DNA of 64,000 nt from Lama glama (GCA_028534125.1 CM052817.1:95854001-95918000); one strand, 5' to 3'; positions 26,141 to 41,272 are shown, counted from the stretch's first letter. The notes: generated from the sequence alone by a model not told the origin. Made by a program: numbers and translations.

Positions 26141-28235
26141 AGACAATGGGGGGAAAAAATACCTAACTGGCTAGAGAATGTTTGACCTACCTGAAAACTC
26201 CTGGTGAAATAGAACTCGTTTGCATTATTTATTTCTGGTTAAGTGCTCCCCGCAGATGCATTTGTAAAGGCATCCAATCACCTGCACAGAAGATCCAACC
26301 TTTAATCTGTTAGATCCCACTTTCCTTGATTCTTTCCTTTACTCCTGGCTAACGTGTTAAGGCTGGGATCCGATCTGAATCCCTGACTTTGCTAGTCTAG
26401 CAGACACAGTCCCAGAGCCAACTCTGGGCCACCTCCCATCCCTGCCTGTGACCCAAACCTTCGTCTTTTTCCCCTTGGCCAGCACTGCTCCTCCAACCTT
26501 TCCACCAAGACTCTCCTAAAACCAGAGAGAAGGTCTCAGGGTCTGAGAGTGGGGCCTGAAGAAGACCCCGCATACCCAACATGTGTTTGAAGTCTTGTGC
26601 TCCGGGTAACACATCGCTCAGATGTTGCATTCTCATCCCTGGCATGTTTCAGTGTGAATATGAATAGAAGGGAGGCTTCAGAAAGATATGTGCTGTTGGT
26701 CCTGTAGCCTCTCTGATGGCTGACCCTGGGCACCTTATCCCCCAGGGGTGGCCAACCCTAATCTCAGCAGCCACGGGGTAGAGTCTGTATTATGCCACTC
26801 ACATTCCTCCCCTCTGCTCCTGCCTGCTTTCCGGCCCATTCCTCCACCCAAGCCCCAGTGTTTCCCAAAGGAAAAGAGAGTCCATGTGTGTGATGCACAC
26901 ACAGGCACGTTGGAGGAGGTGTCGTCTGACAAAGTAAAATAGATTTCTTAACTGTAAGAAGACTTCAGTAGGCAAATGTGAATTATAAACTTCCCCACTG
27001 GGAATATAGTATATTGTGTTTCTCAACCTTCTTTTCCAGCAGACCTCGGGGACACTTTGAGGTCATGCTGATTCCACTAGGCATGACCTACTTTTGTAAC
27101 TCCATGTTTTGCTTTGTGGCATTTCCTTACACTGAACTGTTGCTCATGATGAACTATTTATCTTTAAAAGGTCAGTTCAAATATCTCCCTTGTGAAACTT
27201 TCCCCCTTACTTCTTGGTAGGCAAATGTAATTGTTTTCTTTAGCTTTGGATTAAAGGTCTCATCACGCTGTGATTTATAAGGTTGCACATCTAAAAGTCT
27301 GTTCTCCTAGATTTTAAATTCAGAAACAGCAATTACCAGCCCGCATCACTTCTGCATGTCCAGCACCAGTAACGTTGCCCAGCACACCGGCTGTGTGGGA
27401 AAGTGTCCGCGTGCATTTAGAGTTCAGGCAGGAGTTAAAACTGCCAGAATTTGTGCTAAATTCTATGTGTCTGTGTAAGCCTTCTTCGTTTTTCACTCCA
27501 ATCTCGCTATTTTTTTTAAATGAAGACATTAGAACAAAGTGTCACCAAAAAAAAAAAAAAAAGAGGCAGAGAGAGAGAGAATTCAATCCAACCCAGTTGG
27601 AGCTCTGGGCATAGAAACTTCTGGCAGCATTTTTTTGGTGAACAGCATCTTGGTCACTCTAATCATCATCGAGGGAAACCCTCAGTGAGGGATGCATCTG
27701 TACCGGGTGCAGCCCTTCATGCGTCCACATAGCTGATTTCACTTTACCTCCTCAACAGTCCTGTGCTGGAGGTACCATTACTGCTATCATTTTGCAAAAG
27801 AAGAAACTGATGCTCTGGAGGACTTGCCCCAAATCAGAAATTAGCAGAGCGAAACGTTGAACTCAGACCATGACTGGTTTGTTTGCAGCCCTGGGTGAAG
27901 CTATTTCCGATGTTCCGGGCCATCATGTGAGCCCATCACAGACCGGGAAGGAGGCAGTGGAGGGAGGGATCCCACCTCTGCCCCGAGCAGAGGCTCAGGT
28001 CCTCATCATCGCTGGGGAAACATTTAGCATTACTAATATGACAAGAAAGGTCTAGGGCTTTCAAAAATCTGTGATTTTTTTTTCCCCCAGCTAGAAGCAG
28101 TTCTAGGCAGAGGTGAGAAAAACTAGACGGGTTGCAGTGGTTTCTGGATTCTCTGATGGGTGACTGTTAAGGATGCACAAGCCCCAGAAGGCCAAGAGTG
28201 TATTCTTTATTTATTTATTTGTTTTTCTTAAAAAA

Positions 28236-28690
28236 CTTAATTTTTTTGAAATCTCATTGATTTACAACATTGTCTTAGTTTCAGGTGTACAGCGAAGTGG
28301 TTTAGTTACACATATACATATATATATTCTTTTTTTAACATTTTTTATAGAGTTATAGTCATTTTACAATGTTGTGTCAAATTCCAATGTAGAGCACAAT
28401 TTTTCAGTTATACATGAACATACATATATTCATTGTCACATTTTTTTCTCTGTGAGCTACCATAGATCTTGTATATGTTTCCGGGTGCTGTACAGTATGA
28501 TCTTGTTTATCTATTCTATACATATATGTATTCTTTTTCAGATTCTTTTCCATTGTAAGTTGTTACAAGACATTACATATAGTTCCCCGTACAGTAGCTA
28601 CACAGTAGGACTGTATTGTTTATCTATTTTATATAGAGTAGTGTGTATCTGTTAATTGCAAACTCCTAATTTATCCCTCCCCCCTTACTC
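28236..28690 (-). mobile_element. L1 3' end with a second L1 3' end nested inside (28335-28516)
   Basis: Two successive antisense L1 tails. The inner one is bounded by the near-identical repeat tatacatatat(a/g)tattcttttt at 28313-28334 and 28517-28538. Confidence 0.8.
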
Positions 28691-28825
28691 TTTAAAAAGA
28701 CAAAAGAAATGGGGTGCTTTGCTGCTTGGTCAGGGGCTTCTATTACTGGGAAGATCATCCCTATGGTGACACTTGTGAGGGGCTCACACTTAATGGTCTG
28801 ACCTCAGGCGCATTAAAGTCTCTAA

Positions 28826-29230
<405 letters not shown>

Positions 29231-29349
29231 TAATGGCCAGGGGGTGGGCCAGTCAGGGCAGGTGCTGGAATGAGGCCAAACACTAGGGTGCTGAGGGAAT
29301 GGAACATTCTTAGAGTTGGACCAAAAAAGATCTCAACCATATTTATTAT

Positions 29350-29473
29350 TTTGGGGGGAAGTGGGTAATTTGATTGATTGATTGATTGATTTTAATGGAG
29401 GTACTAGGGATTGAACCCAGGATCTCGTGCATGCTATGCACACGCTCTACCACTGAGCTATAGCCTCCTCCCC
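29350..29473 (-). mobile_element. Camelid-type tRNA-derived SINE
   Basis: Reverse complement of the SINE head (gctatagctcagtggtagagcgtgtgcatagcatgcacgag...gggttcaatcc) with an (aatc)n tail. TSD-like atatttatt on both sides. Confidence 0.9.
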
Positions 29474-29875
29474 AATATTTATTCTTAAGTGTGTGAGAAA
29501 CACTGATTGCAGAAGGGCCACTGGTCAGAGGTCGGGGTATGTAAATCATCTGGGGAAGCTGGACTCTTAAACAGGGGCGAGGTCTCTGAGGTGCTGCTAT
29601 AAATAAAATGAAATCTAAATACAGGCTCTATTCTTAGATGGATACATTTATAACCTATAAATATACATTTTATACAAATAAACAAAAGCATTCAGGGAGT
29701 CTGCCATCCTCACTCACCTCACCCCCCCCATTCCCTCTCCAGCCCCCAGTTACAAACTCAAGAGTGTTTCCAAGGAATATGATTGTGTCAGTACACCCAA
29801 GCAGCGGGTGGAAAGGTTTCTTTTTGATCCAAATACTTAGAGATGCCTTCTCAGCCCCTTTTTCCTTCCCTTTAG

Positions 29876-29939
29876 GCCTCAGAATGACCTAAGCTTTGAT
29901 TCATTGGAAACTTGCCTGCCCACGGACAGAGAGGAACAG
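29876..29939 (+). CDS. REELD1: REELD1 coding exon 5
   Basis: ttttccttccctttAG at 29874-29875, GT at 29940-29941. Encodes (R)PQNDLSFDSLETCLPTDREEQ. Phase 2 to 0 links exons 4 and 6 in frame. Confidence 0.9.
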
Positions 29940-30748
29940 GTGACAGTTGTGCGTGCGCAGACGGTCTGGTGTTTTTGACCTCAGAGTGGGAAGTTCCAGG
30001 CTGGGAAATCAGAGCTATTAGACTAGTAGCCAAAATCAGAGAGAAGGAGGTGAGGGTATGGTATATACACAGCATCTTTTCCCAATCAATACCAGTCTTT
30101 CCATTATATGCAGTGTCTCTGAAGTTATCGGCAATTGTAGAAATTGATGGTTTTAGTGATTTGTTTTCCCACTTAGCTTTGGTTAATAATTCCTCTCTCC
30201 TCCTCCCCAACCCTCTCCTTCATAACACTGGCCTCAAAATACCATATATAGTCCCAGAGGTTAGATCAATGGGCAATATAAAATGTACATGCCCAGTGAT
30301 TTACTCTTCCTTTGATGTCTTAAAAGGAACACAAAATAAAACATGGTGTAATATCCCTACTCAAATTTATTGGAACCTGCAGAAAGATTAAATGGTCCCT
30401 CTTGCATGGGTCCTAGCATAAAAAGCCACACTCAAAGCTTTCAGCCATTGGAGACGACAGTCACCCATATTTGTCTGGAAGCCCCTTAAAGGACCCTACG
30501 TTTATTCCTGTAACTGGCCCCATGCTCTCTCTGTGGGGTTTCCATTAGCCTCCCCGTCCCCATCAATAACAAGCACATATTTATCTGCTTGGGTGTTTTA
30601 CTTTGAGTTTTTAAAAGAGCAAGCGTGAGGCTGGGTTTTCAGCGGCTGCCCGGGATTCTTTAAGGAACTCAGGTGAGCTGCAAAGTTCAGTGGCTGCTTG
30701 GGGGAAGACCAGCTCCTTTGATTTCTCTTTTTGCCTTTGCTTTTCTAG

Positions 30749-31348
<600 letters not shown>

Positions 31349-33009
31349 GAAGAGGGTGGTGCCAGGCCTCTCAGTGTCCCCCTTAGACCCCGTAGCGTCT
31401 CAGCCAGAACAGAGCTAAAGGGAAAAGCTGCCGAGGACAGAGATTCACTGTGGCAGTTAGTAAAGGAAGCAGCGAAAGGGCAGCTTTATCAACAGAGGGA
31501 GTTCTTCCGAGCTTTGTTGTCTTAACATCTGCAGTTTAGCTGCTTTTATTTCGTTTCGCAATTAGACCTTCTGTTTGAAGAGTTAAACTCAACACGATGA
31601 ATATTGTATAACCTGCTCATTAAGCAGACTCCCATGGCCGCTAAGCTTCCTTTATTGCCTTAAGGAACCTGCAGAAATAGAACTTCTGTCCCACCTCAGT
31701 GTGTCAGCCTCATCGCCTCGAACTCTTTGGGGGAAAAAAAAAGTAACGTTGGGGTTGTGTCTCTTGCAAAAAAAAAACAAACAAACGAAAAAGAAATACA
31801 GCCCTCCCTTTGCCTCTCCAAGCCAACCCCAAAAGAAATTTTGTTTTCCAGAGTTCAAAGCTGATTTAGTCCACGGGGTGAGTGCAGGGGTGTTCAGTTT
31901 TCTTGGAAAACTCAGAAGCCTGGCGAATCTGCCGTGGAAATTGATCGGAAGCCAGGAGGGTTTTAGAGATCCCGATGGCCCCACATCTGTGGGGAAACAG
32001 ACGTACAGCACGAAGCTATAAACACCAAGTGGGGTAAGCAGGCTTCTTCGCCAGGTGTAAATGGATCTGAGACCTCCCGTCCATTTACAGTGGATGAGAG
32101 GCTAATGGACCCCAACAGCAAGCAAACATCTTGCCTTTTGCCGAAGATCAGGTTGAAAAAAATGATGATGCCGGCATAGTTTTAAAAAGAGCCTTTATTC
32201 AGCTAAAAAAAGCATCATGGACGAAGACTGTCTGCCTCCTCTTATGACTTTATGAAGATCGCTTTGATTTAGGGAGAGTCCCATAGATCCTGCCTGAGGT
32301 CCAAACAATGGGTTTGAAGATAACGCTTGAATAGGCTCACCTAATATAACACATCAGAATTAGCTGCCTTTTCAGAGGTAAACCTATTATAGAGTCAAGA
32401 TCCACTTTAATGTGGAAACAAAAACCACTATAAATTCAGAAAGGGCATTTATGTATTGAGCACCTAAACCACAGAGGGGCTGTGCTGAGAACTGTCTGTA
32501 TATGTTCACACTTAACTCTCACAATAACTTCAGCAGGAGTAATTCGGTAGCTTGCCAAAGAGAGAGGGGCAGTCATGACATCTCAATTCAACAACAAAAA
32601 TATTTTTTTAAAAAAGCTTGGTTGTGCAGGAAAGAGCTGCTGTTTTTTTTCCAGCCCCTGAAAGCTCACTGGGTATCAATTCTAAGACTCTCTTCTCCCT
32701 AATCCTGGGGTAGACAGATCTGTCCCCTAGCTTTAGTCAAGTGCCTCACCAGGCTCCTGGAGATAACTGGATGTTCAGAAATGAGGGTGTTCTAGGAGTG
32801 CCATGGAAAGAAACACGTGTGCTATACCCCACTGGGGCCACAGGTGCCTCTCCTCCCTACACAGCCCTCCCCAGAGATGCCCTACCCAAGATGCAAAAGA
32901 AGGATCTTGCGAGCGGAGAGCTCCCGCTGGCCACGTCACCTCGGAGCCCGGTGCACCACACATACAACACCTTCCGGATCTTTCCTGCATAAACAGACTG
33001 TTTTGATGA

Positions 33010-33495
33010 TCGTCTACTGTGAAACGAGCTACCCCCAAACTCAGTGGTTTAAAACAACAACTATCACCAGCGCTGATTGTCTTATATGAGGCTGGACTTG
33101 TCTGGTCTCAGCTGGGCAGTTCTTCTGCTCTGCGTGTCATCAAATGGGCTGGAACATCCCAGATGACTCACTCATGGGGCTGGCAGTTCATGCTGACTGC
33201 CGGCTGGGCACTCACCTGGGGCTGTAGATGAGCGTGGGAAACAACGTGGTCTCTTCTCTGTGGCTTCTTCTTGCCTGGTGGCGGGGTTCCCGGAGGGAGT
33301 GTTCCGTGCAGACAAAACCAGAAGCTGGGGATCTCTAAGGCCAAGCCTGGAAAGTGACACAGTTTCACTCCTGCTACATTCTAGTGGTCACAGTAAGTCA
33401 AAGGGCCGGCCCTCATTCTCCCAAGGGAATGGCCGTAGATTTCAGTTTTTTGATAGAGAGGTGGCAAAGGATTGGAAGCTATCTTTAACTCACTG
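33010..33495. mobile_element. MLT1-like MaLR LTR
   Basis: ctacccccaaactcagtggtttaaaacaacaa...ctcagctgggcagttcttctgct...gatgactcactcatggggctggcagttcatgctgactgcc...cacagtttcactcctgctacattctagtggtcacagtaagtca. Confidence 0.65.
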
Positions 33496-36022
33496 CGTCG
33501 CCGGTTAGACTACTGACCTGCCACAGGGCTTATGTGAGAGGGGAGAGGCTGCTGTCCCCAGCAAATGCCCTGGTGACAGCATCACAGGGGTCGAGGGAAC
33601 CCACCGGGTGTCAGGGTGTGGCACCTCCTCTTCCCCAGCTGGGAACGCCGGCTCAGGCACATTAGTGAAGGGGAGCAGTAGAGTCAGCAGGATGTCCGAG
33701 CCTTGGCTTCAGCATCAGAGATAAGCGGGTCACAAAATTATTTACCTCTTTTGGCCTTTGTGAGGATTAAATGCACGTTCCATCGTTGGCTGTCTGTAAC
33801 GAGCCAACTGACATTCCATTGTTATTAACATCATCCTGCAGCTGCAACACTATCTTTAAATCTAGTCCATTTAGAGAGATCCTGTGGCCACGAAAGGGAA
33901 AGTTACTCCCTTTCCATGACAGCTTCTCTCCCTGTGGAACCCCCTTCTGCAGCCCGGCTGATGCAGGCATCCCTGCATGGTAGCCACTGGCTACAGTTGC
34001 TGCTGGGGGTCAGACATTTTTTGCTGAGACATTCTGAGTCAACTTTTTTGGCAAGGGCAACTGGAGCCCCCAGGCCTGAAGTCAGGACACATAAAACCTG
34101 TCTGTCACTGTGATCTTGAAGGTGCTCTAAGCCTGGCTTCACTGGAGCCCCAGGGGCGAGTGGATAGGAAGGGTTAACTTAACCTGAAGGCACTTACTGA
34201 AAAGCGAAGAGCCCTTAAAAGTTATAAAAAGGCAAAGGACTCCAATGCAACATCTTAAAATAGATTTTTTGTTTTATAGGACCAGCTACAGAATTGTTCA
34301 GCCAACCACTTCTTGGAGGAAAAGTAGGTCTGGGGCTAAACACACATTTCAGGGAAAATAACAGAAAAACAATCGCTGACATCTCTTTGTATTTTAAACA
34401 AATGCTTTTACATCTATTGTGCTAATTTAATAATCACAGATCGAGGGTAAGGGCGGGCCTTAACCTTTTTACATTCAGAGACTATTTCTGATATTTCTAA
34501 TTGATTTCTCCCCTGAGATACAATAATTTTAGTAAATCACAACAACACTTAACCATAGCCTGACTGAGCAATCTCACTGTCAGAGCTGTCTGGATTAATT
34601 TGCTGTTACAATGTTTGTTTTCTTTTAAAAAAAATTCTAATTAACAACAACAACAAAAAAAATGGGTCAACAAGCCAGTAAATATTTAAACAAGTGTCAC
34701 GTTTTATTTGAAAAGTTGTCTGGGAAGAGCTGGCAATTTATGAATAAATTATAGATAGCATAGCCTCTGCTGTTCTTGGACTTCCAGTATTAATCCGTGA
34801 TCCTAGCCTTTCTGGAATGCAGGCTCGGGGATTTGATTTCATCTCACCCCAACCTATCTCTCTGCTAAAAATGATGTGTGGCAAGGAATTTCTTCTATTC
34901 AAATCAAATGAATTTGCATTAATTTCTTTTATTAAACTTGAGAACTTCGCCATAGTCTGAAGCTATTCAGAACTCAGCTCCATCTGGCCTCTCGGGGCTG
35001 GCAAAACCAGCCGTGATAATCTCTGGCTTAGAACATCGGGAGGGCCTTTATGATGAAAGGCAGGCTGCTGTTTTGTGTGTTTGTTCTGTTCTTTAAATGC
35101 AAAAAGAGAAAGTGTGAACATTCTGAGACTGCTCCTTTGAAAACGATGGGTGGAGCGGCCAAGACAACTGAAATCTGGCAAATGGTTTTCGGTTGTTTTT
35201 TTGCGTTTAAAAACATAAATCCATTCATGCTGTCTCCACGTGCTCTAATGGCTTTCCATCTCCCTCAGAATAAAATCTGAACACCTGGCTGGGCTGACCA
35301 GGTACCGGAGACCCAGCCCTGGGAACACCCACCTTCTTGCAGGCGCCTGCATATTCCCTGAGCTGCTGTGAATAGTCCTGGGATGCAGCATGGCTCCATC
35401 CAGCTCACTTGGTCTGGATGCTCTTGTTGACTGGAACCCTGTTTCCCCTTAGACATCCGCAGCCTTCAGAACTTTGCTGCCATGTTGCCTCAACAGAGTG
35501 GCTTCTCCTGGCTGTTGTCCCCTCCCCACCTCTACACGCCTCCCTGCGTGGTAATTCTTACAGCACTCCTTACCTCCCAAGTCTTATATCTTCTGACTCC
35601 CCCCGACTAGAATGCTTTATAAAGGCAGAGACATTGCTTTATTCACCGTGATTTCGCCAACACCTAGAATTGTTCTCAATACATAATAAGTAATCAATAA
35701 ATATTCGTTAAACGAGCAAGTGAAAAGTTGAATGTTTCTATCACTATCGCCACTGCCTGGTCCAGGTTGAACCTTGGGCCAGTACAAGTGCTTGTGTGTC
35801 AAGTGATACAAGTGTCTTTCCAGAAATTAACTGGAGAGCTCTGTGTGCCACTGTCCCCAGGGCGTTGGTGTTCCATATCCCAGATCCAAGACGGGGGCAG
35901 CTCTTGGTAGGGAGGACTTGAGAGCAGACTTGCCTTGTCAGCCTGGGCTGGGCAGAGGGAGAACTGATGGGCGTCTTCCCACCTCACCCAATAGCGTTCT
36001 GTCTTCAGTTTATATCGTCTGA

Positions 36023-36244
36023 CATGGGGTTTCTCAACCTCCGTGCTACTAACATTTCGGGCTGGCTCGCCCTTTGCTGTGGGGACTGTCCTGTGCACTG
36101 TCAGATGTTTGACAGCATCCCTGGCCTCTACCCACTGGATGCCATTGGACACCCCCAGTTACAACAACCATAAACATCCCCAGACACTGCCACCTGTCCC
36201 CTGGGGAGGCGGGGAGCAGAATCACCCCCATTTGGGAACCACTG
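36023..36244. mobile_element. MER20 (hAT-Charlie) DNA transposon
   Basis: ggtttctcaacct...ctgtggggactgtcctgtgcactgtcagatgtttgacagcatccctggcctctacccactggatgcca...gggaaccactg, with terminal inverted ends. Confidence 0.85.
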
Positions 36245-37834
36245 ACCTAGGAAGTAAGAGATGCAATTACAGGCCCCAAGATGAAGCAGCATCTCTTAAA
36301 CCACGCCCACGTTCAGCGATGGAGTGGGCAATACTGAGACAGAAAACACCAGGACTGAAAAGTTGGAAATGACTTTAAAGATCATCCGACTCAGTGGTTT
36401 TGAATTTTGAATTTTGGCTATTAGGTGTGACGATCAAAGCTGGACGCTCTAGCCCAAGTCTGCGGCTGTCTCCCCCTCCTCCTCCCCCGACCCCTCTCCC
36501 TCACCTTGCCTCCCTGCCCGAGACATGCAGGGCTCCAGCAAGCACGGGCTGAAACCACTCACTAGCAACGCCTCCGTAGTACAGACGAGGAGAGCAAGGC
36601 CTCCGAGAGGGCTCAGTCACATCAGAGTCCGCGTGGTCCTGGGGCTCCTGCCTCCCCTCCCGGCTTACAACCCACTGTTCTTTCCACCACACTCAGCAGA
36701 GCATTTATTTTTCTTGGAACACGTTGGGTGCTGTAAATATTTCAGTTGTTCCAGAGAGAGCCTGGAATCAAGCAGAAAAGTGGCCTAGAATGATGAATCT
36801 ACAGTTGCCGTTAGAGCCAGAAGGATGACAGGAATTTGGGGGTGGGCCACCACGGTGGGCCAGGCGGAGGCATGACCTGCCCACTGTGACCAGGCCCTGG
36901 CAGTGGGCTGAGGGGAGATTTGACAAAGAGAAAAGGGACCAATAGGCTGGGAAGGGAAAGATGCTGGATACCACCACCCACCGCCCACCTAAGAGATGTG
37001 CCGTTGGTTTCTGGCCACCGTCTTGAATTCACTGCCTCCTGTCCTCTGGGCTCTGCATTCTCCTTCCTTCAAATAGCACCTTGGGAGAATTTTCCCCCAT
37101 CTGCTGATGATAGACGGTTTCTGCTTAAGTGTTTGGTTACTTCATAGACGGGAGAAGCTAGCTGGAAATGCATTCTACTGGCTGTTAAAGAATGTATTTT
37201 CCTGATTTATAGTCAGGCTAGGCAGGGTTGTCTGAGAGGCAAGGAACCAATGGGGAGATCCACTTTGACTAATGATTAATTATTATATCTAAAGTGATGT
37301 TTTCCTATCAACTGATAGGCTAGAAAAATAGACTAGAGCTTGCCAGGTTAGCACCATGGGTCACAGATGTTGCCTCGGCATTTCAGATTGTATTATCCAT
37401 TACAGACGGCATCTTCTCATTTAGAAGCATAATTTGTTGTTCTGGCAGACCAAAAAAAAAAAAAAGCTGACATTTCACATGCAAGCCAAAGATTAGAATC
37501 ACAGCACAGGACCGCATATGGAAGAACATTAGGATGTGGTGTCCCTGAATCAAGGACAGAGGCGGCTTGCGCTGAGAGATGTAGAAGGCGGTGACTTCTG
37601 ATCTTTATTATGCAAATGTGAAGCCCCGTGAGCCGGGCTGCTTAACCTCATCAGGGGAAATGTCGCTGATCATTTCCAGCTCCAAATGTAGCACGAACAT
37701 TAGCACTATTATGTTAGTTATTATTATTATTTGCAGGGTATGATGATTAAGCTGAGTCTCTACTAGCCCAGACCCTCTGGGGTTGAAAATCAACTCTTCT
37801 TGATAGTAAATAAACAAACATATTTTTGTTCTAT

Positions 37835-37955
37835 TTATTATTTATTTATTTATTTATTTTTTAAGTACAGTCAATTACAATGTGTCGATTTCTGGTGTGC
37901 AGCGCAATGTCCCAGTCATGCATATACATACATATATTTGTTTTCATATATTCTC
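37835..37955 (-). mobile_element. Short L1 3' end
   Basis: (ttta)n tail, then aagtacagtcaattacaatgtgtcgatttctggtgtgcagcgcaatgtcccagtcatgcatatac, closely related to 5114-5208. Confidence 0.75.
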
Positions 37956-38699
37956 TCTCTGTCATGTTTGTGGGTGAGGCGCTTTCCAGATCTGGTGTCC
38001 GCCAGGCATGGGGAAGAGGGTGAGTGTATCACAACGTCCAATCTCCAGCCCCAGACGCCTCCCCTCCTGCCTCCTCCAGGTCCTATGCCCCAGCCACAGA
38101 GGTGTCTAGAGAAGCTGGGGCAGGAGAGGGGACTAGGTGAGGGGGTGGGAGATGGGGAGAAGGATGGAAAAGAGAGCTACTGCAGAAGATTAGAGAAGAA
38201 AGGGAGGGGAGAGGTCCTTTAGTCCTGGGCAGGGGTGACTGCTATCTACCAGAGCCATAGAGCAAACTGGGAAGGCTACCGGGTGTAAGAGGTGGAGACA
38301 AAAAGAGCTTGGAATCAAGCAACAAAGAAAAGGAAGTCAGTGAGAAGGGGGAAGCCAGAGGCAGTTGATTTGCGGCCCTGGGCGATAGAAGGCGAAGCCT
38401 GTGCGTCCCTGAATCCAGATTCCAGGAACTGAACGGGCCAGGTCCTACCTTCAGAAGAAAAGACTCCTGGTGTGGGGAACTCGGAAACAGAAGTCAGACA
38501 CACAGCTGTAGTGAGGTTCTGGAGGAAGCAAAGAGCTTTCCCTCCCACAGCCCGGTACTAGGGGAAATGTCCAGCTTTAACAGGTCACCCTGGGGGGCGG
38601 TTGGTTCCCTGCACCGTTGGAAAGACTAGATGCATCTCTGTAGACCCTCAGAGACCCTCTCATCAAGCCCCAAATCCTTCAGATACAAATATTGACATC

Positions 38700-38808
38700 A
38701 GGACCCCAGTCCAACGAAATCAGACTTCTTAAGAGTGGGGCCCACGCCTGCAGTTTTCAAAGCTTTCCAAGGGACTCGAATGTGCTGCCAGGGCTGAGAA
38801 CTGCCGCT
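38700..38808. mobile_element. MER5A fragment
   Basis: gaaatcagacttct...gtggggccc...gcagttttcaaagctttccaagggactcgaatgtgctgccagggctgagaactg. Confidence 0.6.
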
Positions 38809-41254
38809 GTAGATTTTGATCAAGAGAAACTCCACAAAGGCAGGGATGCCTGTGTCTTGATTTTCTGCTCCATCCCCTGGCCAACAGTGCTGGCCACATG
38901 GTAGAAACTGAATGTAGATTTATTACAGGAAAGGATAGTGGGTGAAACAAGGCATTTCTTTAGGAGAAACACGTCTGTCTGTAACTAGGCCATGCAGGGC
39001 ACCTGAGGAGGGGAGTTACCTCCCGGCCCGCTGAGAGCCATGCTGCCATGTGTACATTTGTCCCTTGTTGTCCCAGCACAGGCAGACATGCAGCATGCTC
39101 CCAGTTCCTCCTGAGTATAAAGCAGATGTTGTACTCTGAATCTGGGTTGTTTAGATGACATCAGATCAACAACCCCATCACCCAAGGAGTTGGTCCAGTT
39201 GTTTTCTTGTGTTCTCCTGGGAGCGCTGGTGTGACAAGACTTCCCAAGAATAGGCTCAAATCATCACACCACCATCTGCCTGCAGCCTGCTGTGGGCTGT
39301 TATCTTCCCCCACCAGCAGCTGAGGAACAGTCAAGGGTCACTTCCAGTGGCCTTTTCTTCCTTCCTGTGCCCACTCAGGGTCTGGTCACTGATGAGTTTG
39401 GCAGAAAGGATGGGTGACCTTTTCCCAGAGTCAGGAGACCTGACCCTCTGGCTGCTGTATGCGAGGAGACTGGTGAAGGGAAGCTCAAAGGAGCCCCAGG
39501 TGTGGGCGTGGATCTGAGTTCATTGGGTGGGGGAGCATCTCATCAGCATCTCTGCAGGACATAGGCTGAGGGTGTCTGACATCAACTGCCAGACTTGGGT
39601 ACCACTGTCAAGGACTGGAGAAGCAACACATTTGATTGGAGGAAGAACGAGTTTGTGGCCTGGGTCCTTCCTCTCCTCCCACGAGAGTCCTTCAGCCAGA
39701 TGCTGAGACAGAGGTGGAGCCGTGTGCTGTTAACCCACTTCAGACAGTGCAGGTGCCCATGTGAAACCTTTGAGCTGGGAGAGGCAATGTGATCTCATTG
39801 TTTCTTGCCCCATTTCCACCAAGAAACAGGGCATAGGAAAAGCAAGAAATAAGACATTTGGACCTTAACTCAAAACTTGATTGTGCTACGACGGACTCTA
39901 GAACTTTTGCCAAGTCCTTTCATGTCTCTTAAGCTCAGTTTTCACATCTATAAAGAGAGGATGATGTAATTTGCTGGGCAGATTTGTTGTGAGCAATAGA
40001 TCCTAGGGCGACTGTGAAATCCAACTGTTCGAATTCTATGGAATTATTATTTCACCATTGGGCTCTGAGCTCTTTGAAGGCAGAAACAGCATTTTCTTTT
40101 TATCTTTGTGTCCTCAACCTCTAACCCAATAAACAGGTGGCACATAATAGATGCATAGCGTTACCTTCTCAGAGCAGTATGCCCAAACGATTCATCTCGG
40201 GATCCTCTAGGTATTCATTCCATTCTCGTGGTTTCCTTCAGAGCCTCCAGTGACCTATGTCCTTGTATATCATCTGTCTCTGAACTAGGCTGTCATTTCC
40301 ATGAGATCAGGACTTTGTCTTGGTGGCCAGTCTAGAACAGTGCCTGGGGCAGAGCAGTTACTCAAAACATGCTTGTCAAATCAAGAGAGGAAGGAATGGC
40401 AGCTGTTTTATTACTACTAAAAGTAGCAGTGCTTGCAGGATGAATTGGAATCCATCCCAACAGGTACAAGTTAATTGTCTCTGGAAAGCTCACCAGAAAG
40501 GGGGAGAACCATCAGAAGCTGTCTGACTTTCCTCCTCACGGAGCTCTGCGTGGGAACATTTACTGGGGCTGGTGATTTCCTCAGGCCTCCGCCAGGAGGC
40601 CCTTCATGCTAAACTGAGCAACGGGAATGAGGTTTTCAGACGTGGACAAGGGCCACCTCGGAGCCCGAACTGGGGCCCTCTGGGGGGAGCGGGTGTGTCC
40701 GCACCCTCTCCTGGGCTTGGCCCCAGTGGAAGGCTCCAGACGGCTCGGGCTCTGGGCCAGGTTGCTTGGTTCCAGTGGGAAAGCTGACCTTGGCCAGGAA
40801 GAACCAGGAAGAGGCATAAATGACTCATTGTCCCACATCCGCCAAGGTAAAAACCCAGCAGTGTGTGTGGCCTTTGGGGCTGGACGTTATTACTGCCTTG
40901 GCTCCCTCCACAGCCAAAATAAAAGCCGTTGGCCAGCAACCCAGGCGCAGCCTAGGACTACAACCATGGATCTCTTCCATGGTCCCGTTCCACACACTTC
41001 CCTGCACCTCAAGTCCCTAAATATCGTGTATGATTTCCAGTTCTAAAAGTAGCGTGCTATTTCCTTTTAAAGGCTGAAGGCAGCCTTCATTTCCAATCAA
41101 GGCCATGTGACATTTTATGGACTTGCGGAAGAAACTGGATCGGTTTTCAGGTCACGTGTCAAGGAGGTTTCCGTGGAATGTGCTTTATTTTTATTCAAGA
41201 GTTTAAGATCCAAAAAGTCACTGAAATTTGTAAGATGCGCTACTGCCACCAGAT

Positions 41255-41272
41255 TTCCACTAGAGGGCACTC
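41255..41272 (+). promoter_or_regulatory. Candidate CTCF site
   Basis: ttCCACTAGAGGGCACtc fits the CTCF core consensus CCASYAGRKGGCRS. Confidence 0.6.
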
